Below the pieces are notes generated by a model. The model saw only the letters and a program-made list of their open reading frames with translations, had not been told where the DNA came from and did not search any database. From a virus (Duplodnaviria; Caudoviricetes), in the IMG/VR virus record IMGVR_UViG_3300017649_000186, positions 1 through 44,807 of that record: 44,807 nucleotides of DNA; one strand, written 5' to 3'. The stretch's first letter is position 1. Each line of letters starts with the position of its first letter. This document shows, in pieces, positions 8,183 to 18,721 of this stretch. The position numbers were made by a program, and so were the translations under genes.

Positions 8183-10582
8183 TCAACGTTGGAAGGCAGG
8201 AGAACGATCAGGAGCGGTCTGGCCCGGCGACCACCAGAATGTTTGTCCGAAATCTTTCTTCATCCGCTTTTCATACCGGCGGAAAGACTTCCGGTAATCC
8301 GGGTCGATCATCGCCTGTATCTGGTCGAAAACCATGCGATCAGTTGCAAGTTTCGTGTACCAGAGTGACGATCCGGGCGTCCAACCCTTCATGTATTGAG
8401 CAAGCGATTTTCCGCTGAAACCATTCTTCAGAAAGTCAGCCGTCGAAATTATCGCCGATGGACCGGGGCCTGCGAGAAATTCCGTGACGCCAGCCCCGCC
8501 ACGAGAGACAGACGAGTTCACGAAATCGCCCATCATGCCACCGCCACCGCCTCGGATAAAAGCTTCTGTCCAAAACTGCGGGCGGCTCATATCATTGGGA
8601 TCGCGACCAGCAATAATCGATTGCATTTGAACCGTGAACGCTCCGGCGACAGTCATGAGCGCAAGCAGCTTCGACGTGTAGGCCGCCTTCGACCACATTC
8701 CATCTTGTGCAGCCGCACGCATCATGTGCGTCATCATGTATGTCATGGGGAAACTTTTGAACTGAGTGGCGGACCGAACGGCTTCGCCCAGCACGGTACC
8801 GCGCTGCAAGCCGCCAGACATAGCACCCCGAATACGCGCATCAGGCTCGAGAACTGCCATGTGACGCTCGTCGATGATAGCGGACATCAGCCGATCAGCG
8901 AGGCGCTGATCCTCAACGCCGTTCACATCAAAGAACCGCGCCCCATCCGCGTCGAGTTGCGGCGTGACGCGAAGTTTGTCCCAATCCGCCGCGGTAAACC
9001 CATATCGTTCGAAGAAACCACGGAAAAGCGGATCGAGTGCTTCGAACTTCTTGTCGGATTCGCGGGCGATAGCACCCATGAATTCCATTGAGAAAGCACG
9101 CTTCAGACCCTCCGTCCAAGTGTTGAGGCCACTCGCACGCATAATTGTATCAGCAACGCGGGCAGTAATCCCCTGTCCGACGATTTCATCGGCAAAGCGC
9201 TTGGAGCCAAGAGCGTTATCCATCACAGCGGCAGCCGTGAGATTAACTTGCCGCGCAATAGCTTCGGCCTTCTCGTCGTTCGCCAAGTCTCTCACCAATC
9301 GGCCAAGAACTGCCGTCGCCGGGATGCCATTGTGATTTGCTGCGAATGACATGGTGAAGCTGTCACCGGGGAGAGCTGCAATTGTTGCAGAGCCAAGCCG
9401 AGAGGCTGTCTGAATATTGCGCAACCCCCCACCTATTCCAGCCAGCAATTCATTTTGTGGAACGCCAAGCTTGCCGGAAAGCGCATCGAACGTGCGTTGT
9501 GCGGCTGCCGGACTGTTCAAGGAAATGACGTTCTTTATGCGCTGGCTCTTACTCAGATTTTCTGCGTCAGCGCGCCGGGCCTTCTCCAAAAGCGTGTTGA
9601 AATTCTGCTCGTACTTGGGCCCTAGAACTTCGGTAAAAGCAATTTCCTTGCCCATACCGGACAAATGTCCGACGAGCGTATTGTAAAGGCCGCCATCGCC
9701 GACACCGTATTTCTTCATCAAACGCTTGTAGGCATCAGGATTATCGAACCGGAAGACACGAAGCTGGTTTGAGAACCCGCTTGGACCGGCAGCGCCGACG
9801 CCCCGCCCCAGCGTAATGTCCTTATAGGCGTTCTGGATAATGCCAGGAATCATCGTGGGTGGCGCTTCGCCTTGACCTTCCTTGTCCATAACGCGCATCG
9901 TACCGGCACGGATTTCCTGCATCAGATCGTCAACGAACTCACGTTCAGTAACAGCCTTGGTGCGCGAGGCATCCCAGAACTGCGGCAGGCGCCAATCGTC
10001 GAGAACTGACAAGCGTTTGCCAGCGCGCTTCACACGATCAACGGCGTAGCCGGTCGCCTCCTGAAAGGCCTTTGCTGCGGCTTGTGCAGACTGATCGCCC
10101 GTGTCTCGCCCGAACAATTCGTCAACAACATTCCAGATGGATTCCGTATCTTGGCGGAGCCCGGCCATGGTCGATCGATACTTATCAAGAGTGCCGCCCA
10201 TGATGCCGAACAGGCGCTTGGTAACGGCTTCAGAATGACTATCGATATTGATCGCGTTGCCAGTTGCTCGGCCCGCTTCCCAATTGTCTCGGACAAGTGC
10301 GCTCATCAGGCCGACAGTCTGCCCGCGAGGGTGTTTCTGCATTCGGTCATAAATTTCAGCCTGTCGGATAGCTTGCAGCGCGGCTTCCATTTTGCGCTCG
10401 CGGGCAGCTTCGGCCATAACGCGAGCAGCCTCAAGGGCTCCGGCGGCGTCGGCGGTTGCCGGGCCCATAGCGGGATAGAGCCTATCCTGGATGCCATTGT
10501 GCAAGGCGAGCGCGTCATCGGCTGCCTTCTGTGTGATCCGCTTAGCTGCAACGAGCTTGGCAAGGCAATTCTGGATCGACAT
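8183..10582 (-). CDS. Internal virion (ejection) protein
   Basis: 799 aa helical protein with QFKSFP motif and hydrophobic C-terminal patches; position typical of podovirus ejection proteins. Confidence 0.7.
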   Translation of the reverse strand: MSIQNCLAKLVAAKRITQKAADDALALHNGIQDRLYPAMGPATADAAGALEAARVMAEAARERKMEAALQAIRQAEIYDRMQKHPRGQTVGLMSALVRDNWEAGRATGNAINIDSHSEAVTKRLFGIMGGTLDKYRSTMAGLRQDTESIWNVVDELFGRDTGDQSAQAAAKAFQEATGYAVDRVKRAGKRLSVLDDWRLPQFWDASRTKAVTEREFVDDLMQEIRAGTMRVMDKEGQGEAPPTMIPGIIQNAYKDITLGRGVGAAGPSGFSNQLRVFRFDNPDAYKRLMKKYGVGDGGLYNTLVGHLSGMGKEIAFTEVLGPKYEQNFNTLLEKARRADAENLSKSQRIKNVISLNSPAAAQRTFDALSGKLGVPQNELLAGIGGGLRNIQTASRLGSATIAALPGDSFTMSFAANHNGIPATAVLGRLVRDLANDEKAEAIARQVNLTAAAVMDNALGSKRFADEIVGQGITARVADTIMRASGLNTWTEGLKRAFSMEFMGAIARESDKKFEALDPLFRGFFERYGFTAADWDKLRVTPQLDADGARFFDVNGVEDQRLADRLMSAIIDERHMAVLEPDARIRGAMSGGLQRGTVLGEAVRSATQFKSFPMTYMMTHMMRAAAQDGMWSKAAYTSKLLALMTVAGAFTVQMQSIIAGRDPNDMSRPQFWTEAFIRGGGGGMMGDFVNSSVSRGGAGVTEFLAGPGPSAIISTADFLKNGFSGKSLAQYMKGWTPGSSLWYTKLATDRMVFDQIQAMIDPDYRKSFRRYEKRMKKDFGQTFWWSPGQTAPDRSPAFQR

Positions 10583-12924
10583 TATTTGCCCCCCGGAGCG
10601 CGCATGAAGTGTTCAGTGTTGCCCATAGTGCAGGCTTCGAGATCGGCAGCCATGCGGATTTCGTCGTCCGCTTCCGCCATTATTTCAGCGATCGAACGCT
10701 CGCCAGCGCCGTCGCCCAGATCGACCTTGATATCAGGCATTTCCTCGCCAATGCGGATTGCCTCGCGCAGAACAGCGTCGGAGGTGTCTTGCGCCTTCGC
10801 CACTTCCTCGACGTGCTCTGGTGTCAAGCGGTCGTTGGCCACCGCGATCAAATCTTCGCGGTCTGCCTTGGCCAGCGATGTACGGAGAACATCAGCGGAT
10901 TCCAGTGGATCGCCAAACAGGCGAGCGCCTGCGTCATTTTTCAACGCCTCGTCGGCGTAGTCGCGCAGGAAAGAAGTGAGGCGCTTGCGGCTGATCGGAC
11001 GGCGCATATTCTCATCGCCGAACATGGCGCGCGCCAGTATCTTCGATATTTCGTTGGGTCCGCCGAACATTTCAGCCTGGTTGATCAGGTCCGCGACCGG
11101 GCGGCCTTCGTCGCGCGCACGCATCACCAAACCGACGGCGTTCATAAGATCGTCAGTGATATCCATCCCGCGAGGAATATCACCACGCACAACGGCATCG
11201 CGCATGATTGCCCACGAACCGGCACTGTCCCCGAGCGCGCCCGCCAGAGATTTAATGTTGCTGTCGGCGTCTTCGAGCGCGCGGCCCAAGAGCGTTGGCT
11301 CACCGTATGCCCGGCCCATAAGAGCCGACATGATGCGCCGCTCTCCAGCCTGTGAAAGCACGCCAGCCTTATCGACCAGTTCCCCTTGTTCAGCACGGGG
11401 AAGTTTCTGCATGAAGCCGCGAACGAAATCCCGATTGCTGATCGTGTCGACATCACCAGCATCGCGCAGCTTCGACAGAACCGCATCGTCAATGAGGCGA
11501 GCGTCGGCAAGCGCCTGTTCTGCCGCACCGAGGCGCATTGCTGTCGAACGATTGGCGGCTGTCACGAATCCAATGCGCGCCTCTGGGTCGAGATCAGTAA
11601 TCCGGCGCGCGATCAGCACGGGCTTGGTGAAACCTTCGATGTCGAAATTCTGCGCGCGCAGGAAGTTGCGATAGGACTCCGACGCGGGACCATTTTCGAG
11701 ATACGCCCGGCGCATTGCCATAACGCGACCATTGCCAGATTCGACAAATCCCTCTGGACCGACCACCGGCGCACCGTTGGCAGCATCGGCGGAAGGGCCG
11801 AGCCGCTCGGGCTGGAGGTTCGCAGCGATTGAATTAATCTGGTCTTGCGATATGGCCCGGGTGCGGTCTCGCGGCTGAAGCTCAGGAGGAAAGGCGGGGT
11901 TGATCGACATGTCGTCGAGATTTGACGTGATTAAGTTGTCAGCTTCAACCACTTCGTACTGAACACCAACAGAACGGCCATCCGCATCATATACGCGACC
12001 GGGCCGGGCATTCGCTTGCAAGAATGCCTCCTGTGGAATTTCCACCGGCTGGCCCCGAAACAGATCGTCGGCAGCCTTTTCAACGGCGGCGCGATAAACA
12101 GCGGAACCTTGCGCAGATTTGTCGAAGCGCGCCGCCGGTACGGACGCCTCGCGTGTTACGACGTTACCAGCATCGACGAGTTGGCGAGGCCACTCACCAG
12201 TGGCAGCGCGGTGCCATGCAGCGGCCAGCCCTTTTATCCCGCCACCGAGTACAGCGCCACCGGCGCCCGCCGCCGCAATTTCAGTCAGCGCGTCACGAAA
12301 TCCAAAATTCGGATCGACTTCCTGTTTGAAACCATAATTCAAGCCTTGGATTGCCGTTTCCGATGACGCGCCGATAGCACCCTCGATGAGTGCAGTGCGC
12401 AGAATGCCCGACGCGGCACCGGCGCCAAATGCAAGAGAAATGGCATTGATTGGATCGCGCATGGCGCCCACTGCTGTACCGGCGAAACCGCCAATAGCCG
12501 AGCCCCAGCCAGTCGAAAGCCCCTGAAGTTTGACGGACTTTTCGCGAGCGGCGCGCGCACGGTCAAGCGTCTGGGATTCCAATGCCTCCGCGTCAGGGAA
12601 CGTCAGGTCACTTTCAGGGTTCTCTTTTTTCCACGCATCGAATTGCCCACGCGCGTTCGCTTCCAGGTCAGCCCGGGGATTGAGGCCGGGACCAGTCAGC
12701 CAATTGCGCAGGCCGATTCCGCTTTCCTGATAAAACCGAGAAATGAATTCGCTCTGGATATCGGCGCGTGAACGCTCGCGCGCATTCACATTGGCGAAGT
12801 CCATCATCGATGTATAATCGGCCTTGAAACGCTCAATGAAACCGGGATCGAAACCCTGAACGGGGCTCTGTTGTGCGGCCTGTAACGCGGTCCGTTCTTC
12901 CTTCGGGTCGACGAGAAGCACCAT
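10582..12924 (-). CDS. Internal virion protein with DdrB-like ParB domain
   Basis: YEVVEADNL...PELQPRDR...GAPVVG...VESGNGRVMA signature; Gly/Ala-rich membrane-inserting segment. Confidence 0.72.
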   Translation of the reverse strand: MVLLVDPKEERTALQAAQQSPVQGFDPGFIERFKADYTSMMDFANVNARERSRADIQSEFISRFYQESGIGLRNWLTGPGLNPRADLEANARGQFDAWKKENPESDLTFPDAEALESQTLDRARAAREKSVKLQGLSTGWGSAIGGFAGTAVGAMRDPINAISLAFGAGAASGILRTALIEGAIGASSETAIQGLNYGFKQEVDPNFGFRDALTEIAAAGAGGAVLGGGIKGLAAAWHRAATGEWPRQLVDAGNVVTREASVPAARFDKSAQGSAVYRAAVEKAADDLFRGQPVEIPQEAFLQANARPGRVYDADGRSVGVQYEVVEADNLITSNLDDMSINPAFPPELQPRDRTRAISQDQINSIAANLQPERLGPSADAANGAPVVGPEGFVESGNGRVMAMRRAYLENGPASESYRNFLRAQNFDIEGFTKPVLIARRITDLDPEARIGFVTAANRSTAMRLGAAEQALADARLIDDAVLSKLRDAGDVDTISNRDFVRGFMQKLPRAEQGELVDKAGVLSQAGERRIMSALMGRAYGEPTLLGRALEDADSNIKSLAGALGDSAGSWAIMRDAVVRGDIPRGMDITDDLMNAVGLVMRARDEGRPVADLINQAEMFGGPNEISKILARAMFGDENMRRPISRKRLTSFLRDYADEALKNDAGARLFGDPLESADVLRTSLAKADREDLIAVANDRLTPEHVEEVAKAQDTSDAVLREAIRIGEEMPDIKVDLGDGAGERSIAEIMAEADDEIRMAADLEACTMGNTEHFMRAPGGK

Positions 12925-15900
12925 TACTGGTCACCTCGCAGATCAAGAACGAACGGACCGCCCTTGCTGTCAATCGCAAAAGTCGGCGCGTTCTCCAGAC
13001 CAAATTCGAGAAGATACCGCCCATCGCCGACCGCGCGCAGGCGTCCATAACGGCGTAGGTCGCTTGCAGTAATCTGCTGGCCTTCGGACGTTACAGCCCC
13101 AGTCAGGCTGTCGTCTGAAAGATCGGCAATCGTTTTGTCAAAATCTTCCTGATTCATGCCGTAGCGTGGCGCAATAATCGACTGCCCATTGAAATCGATC
13201 ATCCCGCCAGTGACTTCGTTTACGGCTTGCGTCATTCGCTCCTCGTTGAACTCGCCCGAGGTATCGCCAGCGGTGTTGCTCAGATCGGCATAGCGGGCAC
13301 GGGCGGAGTCGAGAAGCGTTTGCCGCGATGCTTCCAAGCCTGCGCCGAACGCTTGAGGCGGCAGAATATCGTCAATCGATGCCTGATTGTCGTCTGTCTT
13401 TTTAGGCGCATAGTTTGGGTTTTCCTTGAGCAGCGCTTGACCGCGCAAAACACCTTCAGCGACTTGCGGATTGTACTGATAAAGTGCGCCCGCACTTGCA
13501 GAAGTCCGAGAGTTTGCATCACCGGCGAGCGCCGTCATCGTCGCACGATATGTCTGCGGAGACAGGTTTTTTGACATGGCGCCAAAGAGCGCGGCCTGTT
13601 CGCCCGGAGTTCCCTGCGTCATCACCTGGTTAAGAACCGCCTTATCCTGCGGACGGAGTGCGGACGTGCCCGGCTGGACCATTCCGCGAGCTTGCAAAAG
13701 ATCGACGGTCTGTTGACGTGCTGCGAATGCCGCACCCACAGCGTCTGGCCCGGCTGCAAGGTCGATCGGCGGTGTGCTGGGTGCCCACTGGCGCTGTGCA
13801 GCATAGCCAATGGGATCATTCTTCATCGCCTCGGCAACTCGCTTTGCAGTACGGTCGGCGGCCTCCATAATCTGTTGCTGTGCGACAGTGGCGCCATCCC
13901 CGGCATCCGCTTTCAGTTCATCGATAACGGCAGCGGCTTGTTGAGGCGGCATCGATGCGAACATCGCGGCAGCATCTTCGCTCGTGAGATAAGAAGTCAC
14001 CTCACGCCGGAAACTCGGATCATCAATCACAGAAATCTGCCGGGTCAGTAGCGATAGCTCGTTAGCGGCAGGCGGGATTCCCTTCGAAATTCCGCCCTTC
14101 ATATCGCTCCAGAGGTCTTTCGCGTCTTGTGTAACGCCGGTGCGGTAAGCCTTGATGACATCAGGATCGACCATGGGCCGCGACGACGCGACTGCACCCC
14201 CACGGGTGCTGTCATCCTCGATATGCCAGTTTTCGTTCGCGAGAGGAAACTTGAGGCCAAAATCCTTGGCGTGGGAATGCAACCAATCTACAACTTCCGG
14301 CGGCGCGTTCTTCAAACTTTGACCGTTATAGGAAAGGTCCGCCGCCGTGCCATGGTTATGGTTGGAGCCCTTCGATCCCGCGACGCCGGGAGGGGGCGCA
14401 ACCCACTTTCGAGCCTCGGCAACGGAACCGTACTTTTTCAGCGCGTCGTTCCAAAGCTCTGTTTGGCGCTCCACAGATCGGGCCCCGGAATAAATGCCGA
14501 GCTTTTCGGAAATGCCCGGAGGTGCAGCCTGAATTAGTGCAGCTAGCTTATTTCCAAAAGCCGCGTCCATACCGTCGACGTGGCTCGCGTCCTTATTGCT
14601 TCGAGAGAGCAAAAATGCGCGCGCTTCAGAAGGTCCAGACTGACCAAAGGTTTTTCCGGTCGGCTGGAAGTTGCCAGTCTGGCGAAGCACCTTTTTGTAA
14701 TAGTCGGCGGATTCTTTTGGGATGACACTATCGTCGCGGCCAGCAGCCAGCCAAGCGTCAGCACGTTCAGCACCACCATTATACGCGATCAGCGCCGCTT
14801 CCTGGTCGCCACCATATCGCGCCAGTTGCTTGTTCAGATAATGCTCGCCATACCGGCGGCCCACATCTTCGCGCTGGAGATAGGCGCGCTGCTCGGCTTC
14901 GGTGCCATCAACCGGATAATTGGCGTCGCCAAGTTCCCCGGCAATCTCTGCGCCCGTTGTAGGCATTACCTGAGTGATGCCAGCCGCGCCCTTAGGGGAG
15001 ACAGCATTCGTGTTACCTCCGCTTTCGACATTGATAACAGCATCGATAAGGCTGCCGCCCGCGCTCGGAATGCCATTGGCGGCAGCACGCCCACGCTCCA
15101 GCGCAGCAACGCGCGCCTCGGGGCTCGCAAGATTGAACTGCTGAATCGTTTGCGCAGCACGCCGCTTCGCCTGCAAATCGAGCGCACCCGCTACGTCACC
15201 CCCTCTCGCGAGGTTTGCGATCGTCATGTCGATATCGGGGTTGTCGAGCCCGACCCCCTCATCAAGCAGCTTCTTGTATTTCGTGGCTTGGTCCTGAATG
15301 GGCTTGAGCGCGACTTTCTGTTCAGCCACGAACCCGCTGATGCGCTGTTCAGCAAGACCAGCATATTGACGGCGCTCGGCGGGGGAAAGGTGAAGCTTCT
15401 CATCCGTCAGAATGCGCTCGGCTTCCTTCTGTGCGGCTTTCACGCCGCCGGTCGCCAGAGTTTTATCGATGGAGCCGATAACCGCTTCGCTCAGGTGCCG
15501 GGATTCGACCCGCTGCAATTCCATCTGGGCTTGCTTTTCCGACACCGTGAATTCCGGGTTGTCGACAAGCTCCTTATAGAGAGACTGCAATTGGCTTTGC
15601 TTTTCCAGATAATCAGGAGTGCCGGTGCCGCCAGCACGCGCTAGGGCGGCCATGTCATTATCGAGAAACTGGATTTCTGTCTTGATGTCGTTCTCGAATA
15701 TCGAAAGATCGCGCTTCCGCTTCTGCTCAGAAACACCAAGCCCCAGCCGCGAGCCTTCCGTCTCCAGCATCGTTTTCAGCGGGCCGCGATACTCTTTCGG
15801 CGTATTCGAAAGAAGCTGATCGGAAAAGCCCTTCCATGATGCATCGAAGGCAGAAACGTCGCCCTTCGCAGCGTTGAAAAGTTCCTGCCCTTTAGAGCGC

Positions 15901-16196
15901 ACATCTCCGGCAACTCGCGCCGCATAAGCCTGTTGTGCCGCCCGATTATACGCCTGACCGGACTTCGACCAGTTCGAGCGCTGATCCATCTGGAGTGTGC
16001 CGTTTTCATCGCGATATACCGCGTCTGCACCTTCCTGCTCGGCCTTGATAACTGCCTGCTCCTCGAACTTGGTTCCAAGAGTGCCCATAGCGTCAGCAAT
16101 CTGCATGTATGGGTTCGCTGCTGCCGCACCCGAGACAGCCGACTGTGGGCCTTGAAAAATTGCCGTTCTCTGCGAAACCGTGGGGAGCCGAGCCAT
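12924..16196 (-). CDS. Internal virion protein with lytic transglycosylase (SLT) and M15-type peptidase domains
   Basis: VESGG..AVSPKGAAGITQVMP...AYNGG (SLT); SGARS...SNHNHGTAADL...ENWHIE (M15 Zn peptidase). Confidence 0.8.
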   Translation of the reverse strand: MARLPTVSQRTAIFQGPQSAVSGAAAANPYMQIADAMGTLGTKFEEQAVIKAEQEGADAVYRDENGTLQMDQRSNWSKSGQAYNRAAQQAYAARVAGDVRSKGQELFNAAKGDVSAFDASWKGFSDQLLSNTPKEYRGPLKTMLETEGSRLGLGVSEQKRKRDLSIFENDIKTEIQFLDNDMAALARAGGTGTPDYLEKQSQLQSLYKELVDNPEFTVSEKQAQMELQRVESRHLSEAVIGSIDKTLATGGVKAAQKEAERILTDEKLHLSPAERRQYAGLAEQRISGFVAEQKVALKPIQDQATKYKKLLDEGVGLDNPDIDMTIANLARGGDVAGALDLQAKRRAAQTIQQFNLASPEARVAALERGRAAANGIPSAGGSLIDAVINVESGGNTNAVSPKGAAGITQVMPTTGAEIAGELGDANYPVDGTEAEQRAYLQREDVGRRYGEHYLNKQLARYGGDQEAALIAYNGGAERADAWLAAGRDDSVIPKESADYYKKVLRQTGNFQPTGKTFGQSGPSEARAFLLSRSNKDASHVDGMDAAFGNKLAALIQAAPPGISEKLGIYSGARSVERQTELWNDALKKYGSVAEARKWVAPPPGVAGSKGSNHNHGTAADLSYNGQSLKNAPPEVVDWLHSHAKDFGLKFPLANENWHIEDDSTRGGAVASSRPMVDPDVIKAYRTGVTQDAKDLWSDMKGGISKGIPPAANELSLLTRQISVIDDPSFRREVTSYLTSEDAAAMFASMPPQQAAAVIDELKADAGDGATVAQQQIMEAADRTAKRVAEAMKNDPIGYAAQRQWAPSTPPIDLAAGPDAVGAAFAARQQTVDLLQARGMVQPGTSALRPQDKAVLNQVMTQGTPGEQAALFGAMSKNLSPQTYRATMTALAGDANSRTSASAGALYQYNPQVAEGVLRGQALLKENPNYAPKKTDDNQASIDDILPPQAFGAGLEASRQTLLDSARARYADLSNTAGDTSGEFNEERMTQAVNEVTGGMIDFNGQSIIAPRYGMNQEDFDKTIADLSDDSLTGAVTSEGQQITASDLRRYGRLRAVGDGRYLLEFGLENAPTFAIDSKGGPFVLDLRGDQ

Positions 16197-16199
16197 ATT

Positions 16200-16604
16200 T
16201 TACATTCCAAAGAAATAAGGAAGGGATTTCGCGGTCCCGCCAAGAAGCGAAGTGAAAGCAGAGTTGCGAAATGTTTTTGCATCACGTTCGTTTTGATCTG
16301 CCTGAATTCGGCGGCTTGCCACATCGCGGCTGCGGTTCTGTTCGTTGACCCGCTCATTTTCGTTTTCGATTGCCATTGTCGTCGGGCTATCAGCAGCAAC
16401 GCCGGTTCCGGCGCGGATCGCGCGGATGTTATTGATGGTCGAATTGAGTTCGTCCCGATACCCGGCATCGATCTGATTGGCCTGAATGCGACCAGTGGCT
16501 GCGGCATTCTTTGCCTGTTGCGCCTGTTGATTGTACCCGATGGCGCCGCCAATGCCGGACAAGAGCAACGAGCCACCAGTGAGAAGGGCGGAAGCTGTAG
16601 CCAT
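16200..16604 (-). CDS. Small internal virion protein
   Basis: 134 aa, Gly/Ala-rich N-terminus; sits after tail tube B. Confidence 0.65.
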   Translation of the reverse strand: MATASALLTGGSLLLSGIGGAIGYNQQAQQAKNAAATGRIQANQIDAGYRDELNSTINNIRAIRAGTGVAADSPTTMAIENENERVNEQNRSRDVASRRIQADQNERDAKTFRNSAFTSLLGGTAKSLPYFFGM

Positions 16605-18721
16605 CAGATGGTCACCTCTGTAGTCAGTTCCAACAATTTGAAGCGCCCAGGTATGGTTTTGCTAATCGTAAACTCTGGGTCGAACGACCGGCCCGTCTCG
16701 CGATATGTGAAAACGCCCGAGCGTTTCGGCATAGGCTGTGATGTATCCTCACCACCTCGCCACGTGCAAAGCACCTTCCTGCCAATCTTGAATTCTTGAC
16801 AATCCCGCACCTTGGCATTGACCTTCGACACCTTGCGACGACGCTGACGTTGGCCGAAAGCCTCGCCCCCTTCGAAGTCGGATAGATTGGGCATCAAGTA
16901 CCAATCAAACTCCTTGCCAACGCAAATTTGCGAATATTCAGCCGTATCAACGGCAACTGTGTTCACCGGCCCGACAATGAAATCGCCGAGAAAAAAACCA
17001 TCAGCCATAACTTGGACGGTTTCGCCTACTGGGAATGGTAGGGTCCCAGAGCCGCCATAAATTACGGAGCAATCAAGCTCCATCGAAGAATCAATTCTCT
17101 CTGCAACAAACAGAGGGGTGCCGATCGTGTCGTATTTTGTTGAGAAAACCACATCGCCATAACGAGCAGAAACAGAATTGACGTGACCAGCACCATTCCA
17201 AAGACGCCAACCCACAAACTCGCGGTCGCTGCTGTATTGGCCGACGACGACGGTGCCGTCTTCGTTCACAACGAAGATCTGGCGCGCCGCATTTTTCGGT
17301 GTCCCGTAATTGCTGGTAAGGCTCTTGACGTTTTTGAATAAGTGGCGGTGAAACTGCGATATCTCAGTAGCAATATAGGGACGTGCGGTCTGTCCTGTCG
17401 CCGTAATGGCATAAATTCCTGTCAGCGATTCATCGACAAAAAGAACACCTTCAGTGACTTCCACTGGCTTAACGTTTGCAACCTCGCCGGAATACAGTCG
17501 GCGGAACTCGACCGATCCGGGCTTTAAAGGATTCTCTGACGAAATCGGAATGTAGAAAACGCCGATATCTGTAACGGCGAACTCGTCATAACCGCCGACG
17601 ACATGGAAGACTTGGCAGTCCGCATCGATGAGTTCGAAAATCGCGCCGGTCGCATCGGCGTTAACCTGCATGTCGAAAGGATCGGAAGTTGCAGACCATA
17701 CAATGGCTTGTTTTACCTGCGGCAAATTGCAGAAGATCAAGCGTTGCGCGTCCTTCGAAACAGACTGCGGCCAACCCCGGTAAGGAGACATAAACTGCTC
17801 ATCCCAACGGGTCGTTGCGGCGGGCGTCACGAATGTAGACGATATTATTTCTGCATCGCTACTTGGTCCTACAAGCCTGTCATCAGTTCCTGGGCCAACC
17901 CGCCACCTGTTCAGCACAACAATGGTAACTGTATTTGCAACTTTATCGACCGCAACGATCTCTCCCTCGACACCTCCGATAGATGTTTTGACAGTTTGAC
18001 CGATGATGAATGTGTTTTCAGAGACGTTCTTCAACCCGTAGCGGATTGTCGGGTTCAAAGGTTCAAGGCAAACTGCAGTTGCTTGTGTCGGGGAAACCAC
18101 GGTCGCAATCTGTACTTGCTTACCGGCATATCGAAAAACAGCGCCGACATGTAATGGCTGAAGAACCGAAGCGGAGAATGTTACATTGACCGGCCCAGAA
18201 GTGGCGCTCACTTGCATCGTTACGCCGTAGTCTGAAAATCGATAGAATGGGCACCGAACGGTACCATCAATACTGACTTTGAAGTTATAATCTCTAATCG
18301 ACCAAGCAAGCGTGTTCTTGTCGATCTCAATGACTTGAGGCTGCATCTGCGGAGCCGTGACAAAAATCATATTGTCATGACTGGTCCAGACAAGACGATC
18401 AACAGCACCGCTTGTCCACGGAGCTGAAAGAGTAGCTACGACCGCACCATCTTCATCCCTGATGGTAGCACGCTGATGAGCAAACGTGACAGAATGACGG
18501 ACGTTAGGAAGAAGACGGAAGTCATCGCGCACACCCTCATCCTGATATAGATATTGCCGTCCATAACGGTTTTCGATCGCTCCAGTGCGGAGAGATTGCA
18601 TATTGAGCGACTTGCGCTCGCCGTATTTGAAAACTTCTGTATCGTCGCGACGCTCTCCGTCGGGATCAATCTCCCCGGCAGACCAATCGCGTTGGCGGAT
18701 GACTTGTTTTGCGATGCTCAT
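16604..18721 (-). CDS. Tail tubular protein B / nozzle
   Basis: DWSAGEIDP N-terminus, GWPQSV...QRL motif, beta-rich, 705 aa. Confidence 0.8.
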   Translation of the reverse strand: MSIAKQVIRQRDWSAGEIDPDGERRDDTEVFKYGERKSLNMQSLRTGAIENRYGRQYLYQDEGVRDDFRLLPNVRHSVTFAHQRATIRDEDGAVVATLSAPWTSGAVDRLVWTSHDNMIFVTAPQMQPQVIEIDKNTLAWSIRDYNFKVSIDGTVRCPFYRFSDYGVTMQVSATSGPVNVTFSASVLQPLHVGAVFRYAGKQVQIATVVSPTQATAVCLEPLNPTIRYGLKNVSENTFIIGQTVKTSIGGVEGEIVAVDKVANTVTIVVLNRWRVGPGTDDRLVGPSSDAEIISSTFVTPAATTRWDEQFMSPYRGWPQSVSKDAQRLIFCNLPQVKQAIVWSATSDPFDMQVNADATGAIFELIDADCQVFHVVGGYDEFAVTDIGVFYIPISSENPLKPGSVEFRRLYSGEVANVKPVEVTEGVLFVDESLTGIYAITATGQTARPYIATEISQFHRHLFKNVKSLTSNYGTPKNAARQIFVVNEDGTVVVGQYSSDREFVGWRLWNGAGHVNSVSARYGDVVFSTKYDTIGTPLFVAERIDSSMELDCSVIYGGSGTLPFPVGETVQVMADGFFLGDFIVGPVNTVAVDTAEYSQICVGKEFDWYLMPNLSDFEGGEAFGQRQRRRKVSKVNAKVRDCQEFKIGRKVLCTWRGGEDTSQPMPKRSGVFTYRETGRSFDPEFTISKTIPGRFKLLELTTEVTI

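Noticed and set aside
8396-16799. Long plus-strand ORFs (for example 14580-15644, 10082-10960, 15933-16799)
   Set aside because: Antisense shadows of GC-rich structural genes with no recognisable motifs
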